Assembly (NCBI RefSeq): GCF_003918875.1 | Contig: NW_025767446.1 | Span: 1,736,001 to 1,800,000 of the forward strand | From: Haliotis rubra | Taxonomy: Eukaryota | Length of the DNA: 64,000 bases | Direction: 5' to 3' | In this document: piece after piece, positions 38,866-50,922 of the stretch | Numbering within the stretch: the stretch's first letter is position 1 | Layout of the letters: every line of letters starts with the position of its first letter | Notes under the pieces: model-generated | What the model was told of the DNA's origin: nothing | Databases searched by the model: none | Seen by the model: only the letters and a program-made list of their open reading frames with translations | Position numbers and translations under genes: made by a program

Positions 38866-41800
38866 CTGTAAACCTTTTCCCTCATTATGTGATTACATTC
38901 CTTCTGTATTTGCGATATGTTTCCAGACACCGATGATACTAGGCTGGCTGATGTCGTTCTGCACGATGGTGTTGGTGATTTATATAACGTACTTAGAGAA
39001 CAGAGTCGGAGGGAGGAAATTTACTGCTGTGGAAGCAGGGGTCTATGAGGCCCTTGCTCGTCCTGCCTGGGGACTGGCATTATCCTGGGTGATCTTTGCC
39101 TGCTGTGTCGGACAAGGAGGTGTGAACACAGGCTGTGGTTAACTTTGTTCATTGCTGCCAAATGAAATTGTACACAATATGTAATAATGGCACAAGTGCT
39201 GAGTATAAGGTGAGGTGCCAACGTATGGGATAATGTCCAGCTATGTAGGCTCACGTACCTCAGCTGCAAAGATCCGATGGTCTGGGGTTTGAATCCAACT
39301 TTCTTCTGATTAATTATTCTTTGTCAATCAGCGATATTACTTCTCTCCGTTGTTTCAACACGTCATTGGTTGTCCATTTACTTGGTGTTTTCGGAGTCAC
39401 GCAAATCAAAGAGATGGTAAAATGAACTATTTCAGTATTTCAGCCATATCGTGACTAAGCAGGTTCTAAATTCATAAATACAAATACATTAAAAAACCCC
39501 AACCTGTCAGCGAAGGACAGTAAAACCAACTAGAATATCACAGATATCAGTCTAAGTTAACTTATTCTCAGTATTATTCGTTACACTGCTATACTGAGTC
39601 TAACAAAACCTAGTAGAAGGTCGTGTCAGCTAACCTTTGGACTGACCAATCAGAACACAGCTTACCAAATCGCGAAAGTTAACATTCGCACATACCGTTT
39701 GAACCTTTACCTAAAAAACTCGAACGATTTCGAATGCTATTTTCCGCACGATCGCTTCCGAGTGATACACGCAATGAGTAAACAGTCGCTGAAAATAGCG
39801 TTTTTGTCAATATTCAAGGATGTCATCTTGCGAAAATATAAGCAAATAGTAACCATGTCATTAGAAACCCATAAGCGTATATACTGAAGGTCAAATATCT
39901 GTGTTTTATGAGGATTTTCGTTTGTTGATAGATCAGTGTCAGCGACCAGGGAAGAGAAAAATCAAAAACCGTTTTGTAAGTCCCGTTGAACCCCTAACAA
40001 GTAGTCGTTGTCTGATTGGTTAAATCCGTTCGGCCTTCTCGCGTTTGATTGGACGGTCATAGGTCGCTCAAAGGTTAGCTGACGCGACCTTCTACTAGGC
40101 TTTGTTAGACTCAGTATAGCAGTGTAACGAATAATACCGAGCCTAAGTTTACTTAGACTGTCACAGATATAGATATAAAACTAGTCTTAACTATAGAGGA
40201 CAATACAATATGAAATCAGGCTACAGATTGCCAACAACAGAAGGTAGATCACCATACTTGGAACCATGGGGACTTACAGTACATTTGCTTTCTGCATGGA
40301 CCCTTGCTGGTATTACACCATCCCTTCAGCTGTCAGCAATTCAGACAAATCTAGCCTTGAATTAAAAAAACATATTTCTACGATTAAAAACGTGGTAAGA
40401 TTAAGCATACTTTGAATGCTTTGGGACTTACGTATCCTCTCAATGGGACAATGATTTTAGACTACTTTAACCCCCTTTAAGGATACATCCACTAACAAAC
40501 TCAGTTACTGATTTTAATCTACCAATATTAAAACATTGATCGATTTACAAACATGCATGTACATGAAAGGTCCACATGAGTCCCCATATGATATAAGGTC
40601 ACACAACAGTTGTCATTTCCGTCGTTTGTTTTTAGGATTTATTAACACATTCCTGTCCTGGAACTACTTTTTCCCACTGTGCCGCATCACCTTCGGGATC
40701 TACCTCCTACATCCCATGGTCATCATGCTTGTGCGTGATACATCTCGCAGCCTCTTCCATTTCTCGCCCTTTGGTCTGGTACGTCTTCTGAATATAACTG
40801 AGATGTTACTACTTATCATTGTTCCAAGGCTGCACTGAATGCTAATACCCGTGAAGATCCTGCGCTAAGGGAGCTTCGAAAATCTAGGCCCTGGTTAGTA
40901 TTGGTCTTCAGCCACCTACGCTTATCGTAAAAGGCGACTAACGGGATCGGGTGGTCAGGCCTGCTGACTTGGTTGACACATCATCGTATCCCAGTTGCGT
41001 ATATCGATGCTCATGCTGTTGATCACTGGATTGTCTGGTCCAGACGCGATTATTTACAGACCGCCGCTATATAGCTGCAATATTGCTGAGTGCGTCGTTA
41101 AACAACAAACCAACCATCTGAATGCTGTGTTTATTGATGTAAAGTAATTCTATCCTTTGAAGAAGCAAGTCTAGATAGGCGGACAATAAGGATGGGAATA
41201 ATTGTTCTTTCTAATTCTATTTTCTATAAATTAATAATTATTGCCACAGAAACTTGTGCGTATCGAGTAAGGCATCCATTAGCAGTCACTCATCACGATA
41301 GTCACGATATCATCTGTATACCCAACTGACGAGAAAAAACATAGCACTTCGACTTTATTTATCTAATATTTCGTGTAATTTCAAACATTTGTAATATTGC
41401 GTTTCTTTTGTAATTCAGTATATATCGGACATTATATCGGACAAGTTTTTCACTGGTCTCGAGGGAGACATGGGCTGATGTACCCTCGATGTTTGTATAT
41501 GTTTCCTCAGCCCGAAGGGACCAGTGAACAACGTATTTATCTTACCGAACACCTCAATGGTAATTTTGAACTGTTTGAAGCACGGGTATCGGATCATAGT
41601 ATGGAGTACCAGACGACAAGAAAAACAAATTTAGAGTTATCTCCCTTACATCGATTTGCATTCGCAAAACATCGGTAATTTCCGTACATCATACGTGATT
41701 CAATGTTATTCGAGATAAAGAATTACTACTACGAAGTACCAAATGAGTTCGGCATTCCAAGTGGGGTACATAGAAAATGTTACTCGCTTGTAAGCGGGGT

Positions 41801-42015
41801 ACATTGAAAATAATAGAAGAGCGCTCAGCCAATCAGAAAACGACATTTATGTGTGAGGCAAGACAATTGTAATTGTGTTTTATGTTGTGTTTCAGTGGCT
41901 GTTGTATGTCCCTATACTCGTGATGGCTGCCATGCTGGCACTGGTACTCATCACCTGCGTACAACAGCCATTCATTACACTGGAGGCGCTCATCAAGAAC
42001 ATAGCATCACACTAA
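27916..42015 (+). CDS. NRF-6-like (nose resistant to fluoxetine 6 / OACYL-like) acyltransferase-3 membrane protein, copy A; 16 exons, apparent frameshift in exon 5
   Basis: Exons 27916-28339, 29057-29253, 29425-29521, 30429-30522, 32050-32436, 33075-33162, 33425-33601, 34447-34540, 35206-35322, 36014-36179, 37391-37470, 37755-37853, 38335-38458, 38927-39119, 40636-40778, 41896-42015, all GT-AG. Signal peptide; NRF domain (WAVRMYDATG...GFLQGSVTWQGDYDQC; ICIPSGC); AT3 motifs GVRFLS, DSFFILSG, FYIHRLLR, CKDHWWAN, NDTQFY, YAKPYCR, RPAWGLALSWVIFAC, FGIYLLHP. Summed length is 2600 nt, one short of a multiple of 3. Confidence 0.9.
28545..28701. repeat. 80-bp direct tandem duplication in NRF-6 copy A intron 1
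   Basis: TGATCTAGCGCCATTGGGATCTATATTTCTT...CCGGGAAGAAAAGT at 28545 and 28625; 2 mismatches over the ~77-bp aligned part. Confidence 0.9.
29722..29963 (-). mobile_element. Family B retroposon in NRF-6 copy A intron 3
   Basis: Reverse-complement copy with a (GGTT)n-type tail. Confidence 0.88.
31344..31511 (-). mobile_element. tRNA-derived SINE family A
   Basis: Full reverse copy adjoining the (AGT)n tract. Confidence 0.85.
31512..31838. repeat. Imperfect (AGT)n trinucleotide tract
   Basis: Direct reading; the tract also extends to 31185-31250 on the other side of the SINE. Confidence 0.9.
34635..34800 (+). mobile_element. tRNA-derived SINE family A (diverged)
   Basis: Body and tail match family A. 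Confidence 0.8.
36330..37245 (-). mobile_element. Diverged family B retroposon interrupted by a ~690-bp retroposon insertion
   Basis: Tail half at 36330-36390 and head half at 37081-37245, split by an insertion flanked by TSD TGTTAATAGTCGA. Confidence 0.75.
36391..37080 (+). mobile_element. ~690-bp non-coding retroposon (LINE 3'UTR-like or non-autonomous), family F
   Basis: 13-bp TSD; ends CACGATATGGCTGAGATATTGCCGATGTGACGT...(CACT)n, resembling the SINE tails; a second copy lies in inverted orientation at ~39430-40530. Confidence 0.8.
38622..38819 (+). mobile_element. Family B retroposon, 5'-truncated
   Basis: Begins at CCATGCCTGTCGTAAGAGGC; followed by (TAG)n. Confidence 0.85.
38820..38865. 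repeat. (TAG)n microsatellite
   Basis: Direct reading. Confidence 0.95.
39430..40530 (-). mobile_element. Family F retroposon copy, interrupted by a MULE-like MITE
   Basis: Shares GAAGGACAGTAAAA..AACTAGAATATCAC, ACCATGGGGACTTACA and TGCATGGACCCT...CATCCCTTCAGC with the reverse complement of 36550-36950. Confidence 0.75.
39548..40160. mobile_element. Non-autonomous DNA transposon (Mutator-like MITE), 613 bp
   Basis: ~90-bp TIRs starting CAGTCTAAGT(T/A)AACTTA; perfect 10-bp TSD TCACAGATAT (39538-39547 and 40161-40170). Confidence 0.9.
40848..41115 (+). mobile_element. Family B retroposon with a half-MITE inserted in its head
   Basis: CCCGTGAAGATC-CTG-[CGCTAAGGGAGCTTCGAAAATCTAGGCC]-CTG-GTTAG...; outer TSD CTGAATGCT. 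Confidence 0.88.
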
Positions 42016-42117
42016 AGGATGAATCCATAAGTGCGCTTTTGGCCCCTCATCATTTATTACCTTTTTACGGATTTCTTTAAAAAGAACCCTAAACAAAGGG
42101 TCGAGGGTCGAAATATA

Positions 42118-43574
42118 TACTGAACCACAAAAGAAATGTCGCACCGATAGCGGTTTCTTAAAGCACACTCTTTAATTCACTCTAATTAACAATCAAAACG
42201 GAAGATTGAGTTCAAACAAACAGAATCATTAAAAAAGGTACCATTAAGATACCCCAAAGTCAGTATCGTGTTTGACCTCCATGGGCATTGATGAAAGCGT
42301 TGCATCGTCTGTACATGGAATGAATTAGCCGGTTGATAAAGGCCATAGGCACTTGGGTCCATACTCTGCAAAATGCCTGATCGAGTCCAGCCGCAGTTAT
42401 CGGCCTTGGTTGCAGGTCATTGCAGGTCTTCTTTGAATCTCGTCCCAAAGTTGTTCTATTGGACTTAAATCCGGGCTTAGTGCAGGCTATTGTAGCTTTT
42501 AGATGCCATGTTGTCTTAGATAGTCCAATGTTGCTCTTGGCAGTGTGGGCACGAGCGTTGTCTTGCTGAAAGATGTGATTTTTGTAACGTCCAAAATGTG
42601 GTGCAACGTGGGGTCTTATGACTTGGTCAATATAGCGATCAGCTGTCACGTCACTTCCTCATCCTGTGCCAATATTCTGGAACACCACGGTGTCAACTAA
42701 CTGGTTCAGACCGATTGCACCCCACACTATGATGCTTGGACCACCCCACGAGTCTCTTTCAACAATACACTCATTGGAAAACAGTTCCCCACGCCTTCAC
42801 CATACTTTCACTCTGCGATTGACTGTCGAAACACAATATCGGCTTTCATGAGATGAAAACACAGTTCTCCATTGTCGATAACGCCAACTTCGATGCTGAG
42901 TTGCCCATTGCAGTCTGTTTGGGCAGTGATGAGCGGTGAGGACAGGACTACGATATGGTCTATGACAGCAGAGGTTACTTCCGCGCAAACGTCAACGCAC
43001 TGTATCGGCACTGATGGGTCTGTTGTGAGTCCCAATGGTCTGACGTGCTGTTTCCGTCGCTCTGATGAAGCGATTCTGCAGATGGTGGCGCACAATCTGT
43101 CGGTCTTGACGTTGTGATGTTACTGAAGGTTGCCCACTGCGTGGACGGTCTTGGATGCTGTTAGTGACCTGATACCACTCCTGCAGTCGGTAGATTGTCC
43201 TAACATGAACATTAAAATGATTGGCAACCCTCGGTGCAGTCGGGACAACTTGCTATCGTCCCAAGACTTCGTTCCTCTGATCCCTCGTAAGTCGTGGCAT
43301 GGTGATTGTTTCAAAACAAAAATGATTTCAGGCGAGTTTGGGACTCGCTTTCATTGGTAGATGCATGCATTTTCATTTTTCGGAACGTTTTACCATGTCT
43401 GCCTTTTTCGGTGTGTTTGGTCAATATGCTTTTTCATCAGAAAACACACTGATGTTGGTAATAACTGTCCAAAACATGTTAACAAAACGGTACAATCATA
43501 ATAGAAACACCACCTTGTAAGAACACAATTTTGCAATTGGTTTTGAAAGGCGACGTTTCTTTTGTGGTTCAGTA
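42118..43574 (-). mobile_element. Tc1/mariner transposon, full span, transposase frameshifted
   Basis: TIRs TACTGAACCACAAAAGAAA(T/C)GTCGC at both ends, flanked by TA. Minus-strand fragments RLQWATQHRSW...FSSHESRYC, YIDQVIRPHV...FQQDNARAHTA and LIHSMYRRCNAFINAHGGQTRY. Confidence 0.93.
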
Positions 43575-45147
43575 TATATCATTAAAAAAATGTACAATAG
43601 TAGTTTTAGGGGCTCGTTGTTAAAAAATTAAGTTTAATCAGTATGAGATTTAGAATTATTAGTAGTTCTGAAGTTGGATACAAATGTCTAAGTCCGGTCG
43701 CCGTAATATAGGAATGTGGCAAACAGAGGTAAAAAAGAAGTCGATTCTTTGATGAGCGAAAACACTTATAAGTTCAGACAATGTAATTGTGATGCGCATA
43801 CATCAGACCCGACGTAAAACACTCTGCGGGGTCGACGTATTTTTCTCGTGTACAATATTAATGGTGTTTGAGTAGGCCCTAAACAGCAAAGTTGGTCGTC
43901 AGAGAATGGATCGGATGGTCCGACTCAGCGAAGTGGTCCGCTTCGTCGATCATGGCGTTGATCTTTACTCTTAGCAGTCAATGTAATTTTTCTGGTGAGA
44001 ATAGATTTTTAAAAAAAATAAATGTTCGACCAGCTTTACAATAATTAACAGAAATAATAATAACGCGTATTTTTTTATTTTTGGATCAAACCAAATATCA
44101 TAACTGGAAACAGTTTGATCGAATTTAGAACTACATGCACTCAACAGCATTACGTTTTCGGATATTCTGACCATTATCATACCTTCGGTTTTGTCATATG
44201 GGAATGATACTTATACCTGAGATTATGTACACATGTTACTTATGTAGTGCTATGGAATAAATCTATTTCTAATATTTTTATCTTTGACGTTTGTTATTTT
44301 GCGGGTTTGGTGTCGATTTTTGTTATCGATGATGTAGCGCGTGTGCGGAATTGATTGATGACAGAAAAGCTGTATTTCACTTACTTCAGTCAGATGAAAA
44401 ATAAATCACATTCCATCAAATAATGTTTCGATTATGCCGTGTTATTCGCGAAATCAGTATTGATGTGTTTTTTGTATTAGTACTGAATTCTAGTACACGA
44501 ACACTCTCACATTAAATAGGAGTTCGTCTACTGCCAGATGCCAACATACCTACGTACCTAGTTACCTACCTGACTACACGCACGCACGCATGCATGCATA
44601 CATACAAATATATATATACAATGCCATACAAAAAGACAGGCACACACACATACAGACAGACAGACATACGTACATACAATGTCGAACAGACAGACAGACA
44701 AAAACAGACAGACAGACAGGCAGACTGACATTGATGCATTGATGGACTGAAGGTTGTATAAGTTGAACATGCTGCTTGTACGTGTAAAGGCGTGCGATTC
44801 AGATGCTACTTATTGCCTTCCGTTATCATCAAGCTGTCAACATCCAGCAGTTCCGTATCGTACGTCTCATCAGTGACACATTTTGATAGTAACAAACACC
44901 CATTTATATTGATTAGCCCCTGAAGCTGAGCAGTGCTTTATTTAGGGCTTTAGCACTGCAGAGAAACATAGGGAAATTAATGTGGTTATGACACATACGT
45001 CCTCACATATTATTAGCAGCAGTCATGGGTAACATAATAATACATCTTCATGAGAATGCTTTGGGGTTGTAATGAATTTGTATAGGTACATTTTCAGATC
45101 ACTGTGAAATCGTCTGTCACTTGCAAACGGAACAAAAACAGTTTTCC

Positions 45148-45315
45148 NNNNNNNNNNNNNNNNNNNNNNNNNNNNNNNNNNNNNNNNNNNNNNNNNNNNN
45201 NNNNNNNNNNNNNNNNNNNNNNNNNNNNNNNNNNNNNNNNNNNNNNNNNNNNNNNNNNNNNNNNNNNNNNNNNNNNNNNNNNNNNNNNNNNNNNNNNNNN
45301 NNNNNNNNNNNNNNN
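45148..45315. other. Assembly gap (168 N)
   Basis: Run of N. Confidence 1.
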
Positions 45316-45598
45316 GTCCCAAGGTAGGCACATTTGCGTAGTGTCCTTGGACAAGATGATTAAATCCACATTGTCTCAGTTCACCCAGCTATAAAATGCG
45401 TACCCTAGAAGATGTGCTGGCAATGTGAGTGATTAGTTCATTGCGCCTAACAGGCATCATGGCTGTATGATCCCCAGGGAGTTGAAAAAGTATCGGATAG
45501 TACGATGGTGTCCTATGACCGGGGATAGTAATGTACATAGCACCTTGAGCAGGTAATGTGCCTGGATATGAGCGCCATATAAGGGGACTATTACTATA
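45316..45598 (+). mobile_element. CORE-type SINE with L2-like tail (head lost in the assembly gap)
   Basis: GTGTCCTTGGACAAG...CTCAGTTCACCCAGCTATAAAATGCGTACC core; tail GCACCTTGAG...GGATATGAGCGCCATATAAG...TATTACTAT. Confidence 0.65.
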
Positions 45599-45599
45599 T

Positions 45600-45975
45600 G
45601 TATCATCATAAACTGTTCCACGGGAGATATTGCTTGTGTGAGATCAAACGATATCGTTTTGACAGTAAATTTTGTACAATACCCTGACATCATCATTTAC
45701 ATGACTCACAATGCTATGACGTCAAAAACCTGATGACGTCACAATGATATGGCATCGCTACACTGCAAGTCTAATGGCAGTACCGTGTTCAGAGGTGTAC
45801 ATTTTTCATTGAAAACTAATGAAGAGTGATGTTTTATGATAAATAGAATCTCACCCTTGTGTCTTCTGATATCAAATATATCAACACTCCTGGCAAGCAT
45901 CGGATATTTGTAACTTCAATCAGCTCGTGTTGATATATTTGATATCAGAAGACACTTGGGTAAGATTCTCTATTT
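45600..45975 (-). mobile_element. Family G hairpin element, second copy
   Basis: Reverse-complement homologue of 25768-26135 with matching ends. Confidence 0.8.
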
Positions 45976-46540
45976 ACGTCATAAAATCAGTGATGAGTCA
46001 GACGACAACGTGTAATATATTTCCAACTGATTTTAAGCACTCAATATGTGTTTGATAATGATACCAAATGGCATAGTCTGATAATAAGCTCTGAAGAATG
46101 GTGGCAAAATACAAACAAGAGTGCGAAGTGCTTCAATACTTGTCTCATAACTCCGTATGCTGGGCTATGTACGCAACAACAGAAGTTGGCGTCGCGGGTG
46201 TGTTAAATGATATCATTAAATTTGTACTATATAATCAGTCCTATCGATCTGGACCAAGAATGCTTTCTCTATTGTGTACTCTACTATCGAAGTAATTTTC
46301 CAGATCCTCGCCATTTCCTTTCAGACTCGATGGCCGACAGACCATATTGAAACGTAGTATGTACCTGGTACCTATCTTGCATTTTCATCTGTTGATGATG
46401 CCAAGGGATACTGCTTTTTGTCAGCTGGTCTGATCCTTCCGAGAAACTCTCGCGGTGTTTATGTGAATCAGCGTTTCAACTATTATTCAACAATGCTTGC
46501 CTATCATCTCATATTACATCTCAAGTCACCAAAAGACCAG

Positions 46541-46647
46541 GGCCTAGATTTTCGAAGCTCTCTTAGCGCTAAGATAGTCGTAAGCTAATGTTAATGTATG
46601 GCACTTACGACTATCTTAGCGTTAAGAGAGCTTCGAAAATCTAGGCC
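46541..46647. mobile_element. Palindromic PIF/Harbinger-like MITE
   Basis: ~45-bp arms GGCCTAGATTTTCGAAGCTCTCTTA.CGCTAAGATAGTCGTAAG; 3-bp TSD CAG. Confidence 0.88.
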
Positions 46648-47179
46648 CAGCATTGCATGTAATGATCATTATACCTGGCTTGGCCTAGTTGCAAGTTGGA
46701 TTAACTTCCTGACAGGTGCATATTACCAACATTTGTGTCCATTGCTATAATCACCGCTTTCGTATCATATTACTTCAGCGTTTGTACCGCCACTCGATGT
46801 TTTACTGCCATTAACTTATTAAGAATCCTATTTAGTATTTTAGAATACAGTTATTAATTGCATCACAAAGCTTAGTATTTGTTATGCTTTCATACACGGA
46901 TCTGTCAGTTCAACTTGGGAATCAACATGCAACATGTGACGAACACAATCATCCGTCTTCGAATGTTGCAACACATCACCATGTTTACTGTATGCTAACA
47001 CGGGCAGTATAGACATGGCAGTAAGCGACATTGTTTGTTTATTTAACTGTAAAACTGTATTGATTTATATTTATGAGACAGGGTTTCCATAAGCCGATAG
47101 GTTAGTAATATGCTGATTTTACAAACTTGCATGTGATGTATAGGTCACGAACAAAGCTATCATGAACACATCTTGTTTG

Positions 47180-47462
47180 ATATTCGCAAATAAAGTCTAC
47201 ATTTACTCCTTAAACCTATAAGTGTCCAACTGGTGCCGCTCCTGATTATCTTTGTGAACTACTCCAGCTGTACACACCGGCAAGATCTCTCAGATCTGCT
47301 TCACACATCCTCTTGTCTGTACCCAGAGTCAAAACCATCAGGTTTGGCCAAAGATCCTTTGTGTTCTATGCAGTCACGGAATGGAATAGCCTTCCCCACA
47401 CTCTTAGAACTGCACCATCATACTCAGCATTCAGATCAAATCTGAAAACTTATCTGTTTCCG
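47180..47462 (+). mobile_element. L2/CR1-group LINE ORF2 3'-terminal fragment
   Basis: Reads APDYLCELLQLYTPARSLRSA and SVPRVKTIRFGQRSFVFYAVTEWNSLPHTLRTAPSYSAFRSNLKTYLF, the typical L2 ORF2 C-terminus (G.RSF....P..WN.LP..LR......FK..LKT.LF). Confidence 0.85.
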
Positions 47463-50400
47463 TCTCTGCCGCTTATTCATGTCACAAACCAATCAAGTAG
47501 TTTCACTGTTGTACTATATTGGAGAAATCTATCCGTAATTTGATTATCTACATCTACATAGACTATGAATAAAGGGAGTTGAACAATATATATCCGGTAA
47601 ATCGGACAACACATTCAATTGTTTTAATTTAAGTGACATGTTTCGAGGAGGCATCTGAACATAATATCATCCTATACAACATCACAAAGTACAATGACAA
47701 TCCTTGGATGGAAATGCTGATGACCAGACACTGATTACATGTTGTGGGATCTATTCTTTATTGACAGACACCCTGAAACAAATGTTTACAAAATAAGTGC
47801 CAATTTAAGGGCAAACATATAAATATAGATAAATATATACAATCATTGAACCTCTGATATCATTTCTAACATATAAGAAATGAGTGTAATATCAATTCAT
47901 GTCAACAGATGCACATTAGATAATGTTGTTGTGGTAATAGTTACATTGCCATTAACACGTTGACTGAACCACCAAGAACGGTCGTACCAACGTACACATT
48001 ATGATGAACGTGTTAGTACATTGGACATAAAATCTATCAACTATGTGAATAACATAATAACTTTATACATATGACACAATGATAATGTTCATACCCTGTG
48101 CGTGACACTGGGGTGTAGAAGACCCACGTCTCCAAGATGAACATACAGCTGCTACAAGAACAAGCAAACCAAAGTCTCAATATTCTAAATATGTATATAT
48201 ACAAATCACAACAATCAGCAGCTATGGTTCAGTACTGACGTAACTATGTGTAAGCTATATCAGGTCATACTTATAATCAGTCACACATTCTGCATCGTAA
48301 CTATAATGTAAGTCAAGTGCGTTATGGTTATCATGCACAGTAAATAACCAATGCATAAACGTCATTGAATAATTACAAATAAACAAAGTAGCATAGCTTT
48401 AAGCATGAGCGTTATTTACTATATCACTGCAAGATAGTCTACTTACCTCTGCATAATATTTACAATTACACAAATGTACTTTAACCTATTTTATTATCAT
48501 GAAGAACATTTAATAAGCACTAATAACATTGTTATTTAGTACAACATATATAAAATACTTGAAATATTGTTCCTACCTTTAGATCTGACGTCTTAGATGT
48601 TTGGGCTCTGAACTGCGATCGGATTGAAGTGAAGTGCAATGGCTGACGTGCAAGTTGTGTTTAGTGTTTTAAAAGAACCAATCGACACAAGGGGCCAAGC
48701 CAGTCAAAGGGCACAACACAAGCGATGACACAATCTCTTGACACCCCTTATACCCGTAATGGACTAGGCAAGATCTAAACATAACCATAGACTAACGCTT
48801 AAAAATGATACTGCTTGCGTTAAAACTATAGACAATGACAACTTCAAATGAACCAAATCTTACATGACTTCAAACCTGCCACACAAAGACGGGTGCCACA
48901 TGTCTGGCAGGATATGTTCACTTTTTCGCTAACACCTTGTCACTAACATCAATGTTCGACACGGGCCCGCTCTTAAGATATTTCGGAATTATTCAGTAGA
49001 TTCTACCTTTAGAAGAGTTTCTTGTGATCATGGAAATGGATTAAATGCATTTATTCAGCAGATTATATAAGGGAGGATAATGCATTAATTTTGTCTTCAT
49101 CAGAGACACTTCCGGTTTCCGTCCAGAGTTCCGGTATCCCGTCCATGCTTTTATCAGCGCCGTCCGGCCAACCGTTATGAGGTGATTGATCCCCGAACCT
49201 CTGGTGTTAATTATATCTTGTTCGTATTAACACGGTGTTTACACGATGTGAGTTCTCAGTAACATCTGGTGGATTTCGTCAGAGCTCTCAGTAGCCGACT
49301 CAGCTTCTCAGAAGTCGTGTGACGTAAACCCGGACGTGTTAGAAGGAAACCTTGCCACCAGATGGTACTTCCATATTGACAAGTAATCTGAACCGGCGCT
49401 ATGGCGCATGTAATGTTGACCAGTTGGACAATGGGTATTTCAAGGTTCGTTATATTTGTTCACTTCACATTTCTTCCTTTTCTTCCTGTGCTTTTTCATT
49501 TACTTCTTTAAGAGGCATTTAGAAGCTGGTATGATGAAGAGGAACATTTATATTTTATTTTACCTAGTATAGCTTACCTGTCGTTACAAGTTATCCTCAT
49601 ATTGTATTACCTCGCCATCATCATCGGTAGACCCCAAATAACTGACTTCTCATTTTTAGTTATAATACTTTGAAAAATCGGTGTCCCACTGTGTTTCTGA
49701 TGGTCCGTGATAGCAGATGTAATAGGCTTCCTGGGCACCTGCGTGATTATATTTTTCTGTATTAACGTAGAATATACGACGTCGTGTCAACATATGACTT
49801 GAGTCAATGTAAATGGTTTTATACCTCAAATGTTGCTGAGAATATGTACGCATACATAAAAAATTTTAAATACTGAGGGAATAGTACCTTTGTTCAACTG
49901 CTGTACCTCTGCGTTACTTTGACTGTGCAATATATATGTAAATTACATTTTCATTTGTACAAAATATGCACAATATATGCGTAACATTATTGCAAAACTA
50001 TTTTTCACACATACCAAACTATTAAAATACTCAAGTATGATGTAAGACACACACATGTATATTTAATGATGTATGATGTAAGAACGGCGTGACCGTTCCT
50101 GTTTATAAAAGCAGTTTGAAAAACCCACATGTATATGTTCCTCCCTTCTTGAATGCACAACAACCCAAACAGATCCCAGTCTGTCTCAGTCCCGCAACCG
50201 TATTCAAACCAGATTTTCCCCAGGTTCACGTTAAACACCTTGGTTCCATTACATTTTGCTTACAATGAGATCCTTCCCAATTGATGATCTGCATACCACA
50301 GCAAACCACACAGTCTACAAGTAAGATGAGCAACAATTTACGTTTTTAAAATTGTATTGTTACAAGTGACTAAAATTATATTATTTCAAATAAATACCTA

Positions 50401-50580
50401 TGGAATATTTCTCTTTTTAACTTCATTACACATCTTGAGTCCTTAAGAAGTACTATTCCTCTACGCAGTTTCAGTGTTTGGTTGATAATTGCGAAGAAGG
50501 TAAAAATATCAGAGTAGCAACATCTTTAAAGGTGATTATATTTATTGATTCTTCCAACAGACGTGATGAGATGAATAATA

Positions 50581-50922
50581 GGTGAGGTAAGGAGAAATTG
50601 GGTTTAACGTCGTGCTTGAAAATATTTCGCTCATATGACGACGTGCATGCGTGTGTATGTGTATGTGCGGCTGCTTGTACTAGCCCAGACTGAAGCTGGT
50701 TTTATAGTGCTAGCACACTGAGATACCATGCCGCAGTGAACCATGAATACCCAACTCAGACACATTATACTGACTCCGAGCCGACCAGTCCTTGTTGTAC
50801 CCATTAATGCCAAGCGCCAGGCAGGGACCAATAAGTACCATGGTATGACGCGGTCGGGCATCGAACCCGCGACCTTCCGCTCTCCGGGCGGACGCTCTAA
50901 CCACTACACCACGGAGGCGGTC
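50581..50922 (-). mobile_element. tRNA-derived V-domain SINE (family C)
   Basis: Head GACCGCCTCCGTGGTGTAGTGGTTAGAGCG...GGTTCGAT; V-domain-like GTCATACCA..TGGTACTT..CCCTGCCTGGCGC..GCATTAATGGG; (CACCT)n tail; TSD AGATGAATAATAGG. Confidence 0.85.

Noticed and set aside
45023-45394. ORFs spanning the N run
   Set aside because: Artefacts of the assembly gap.
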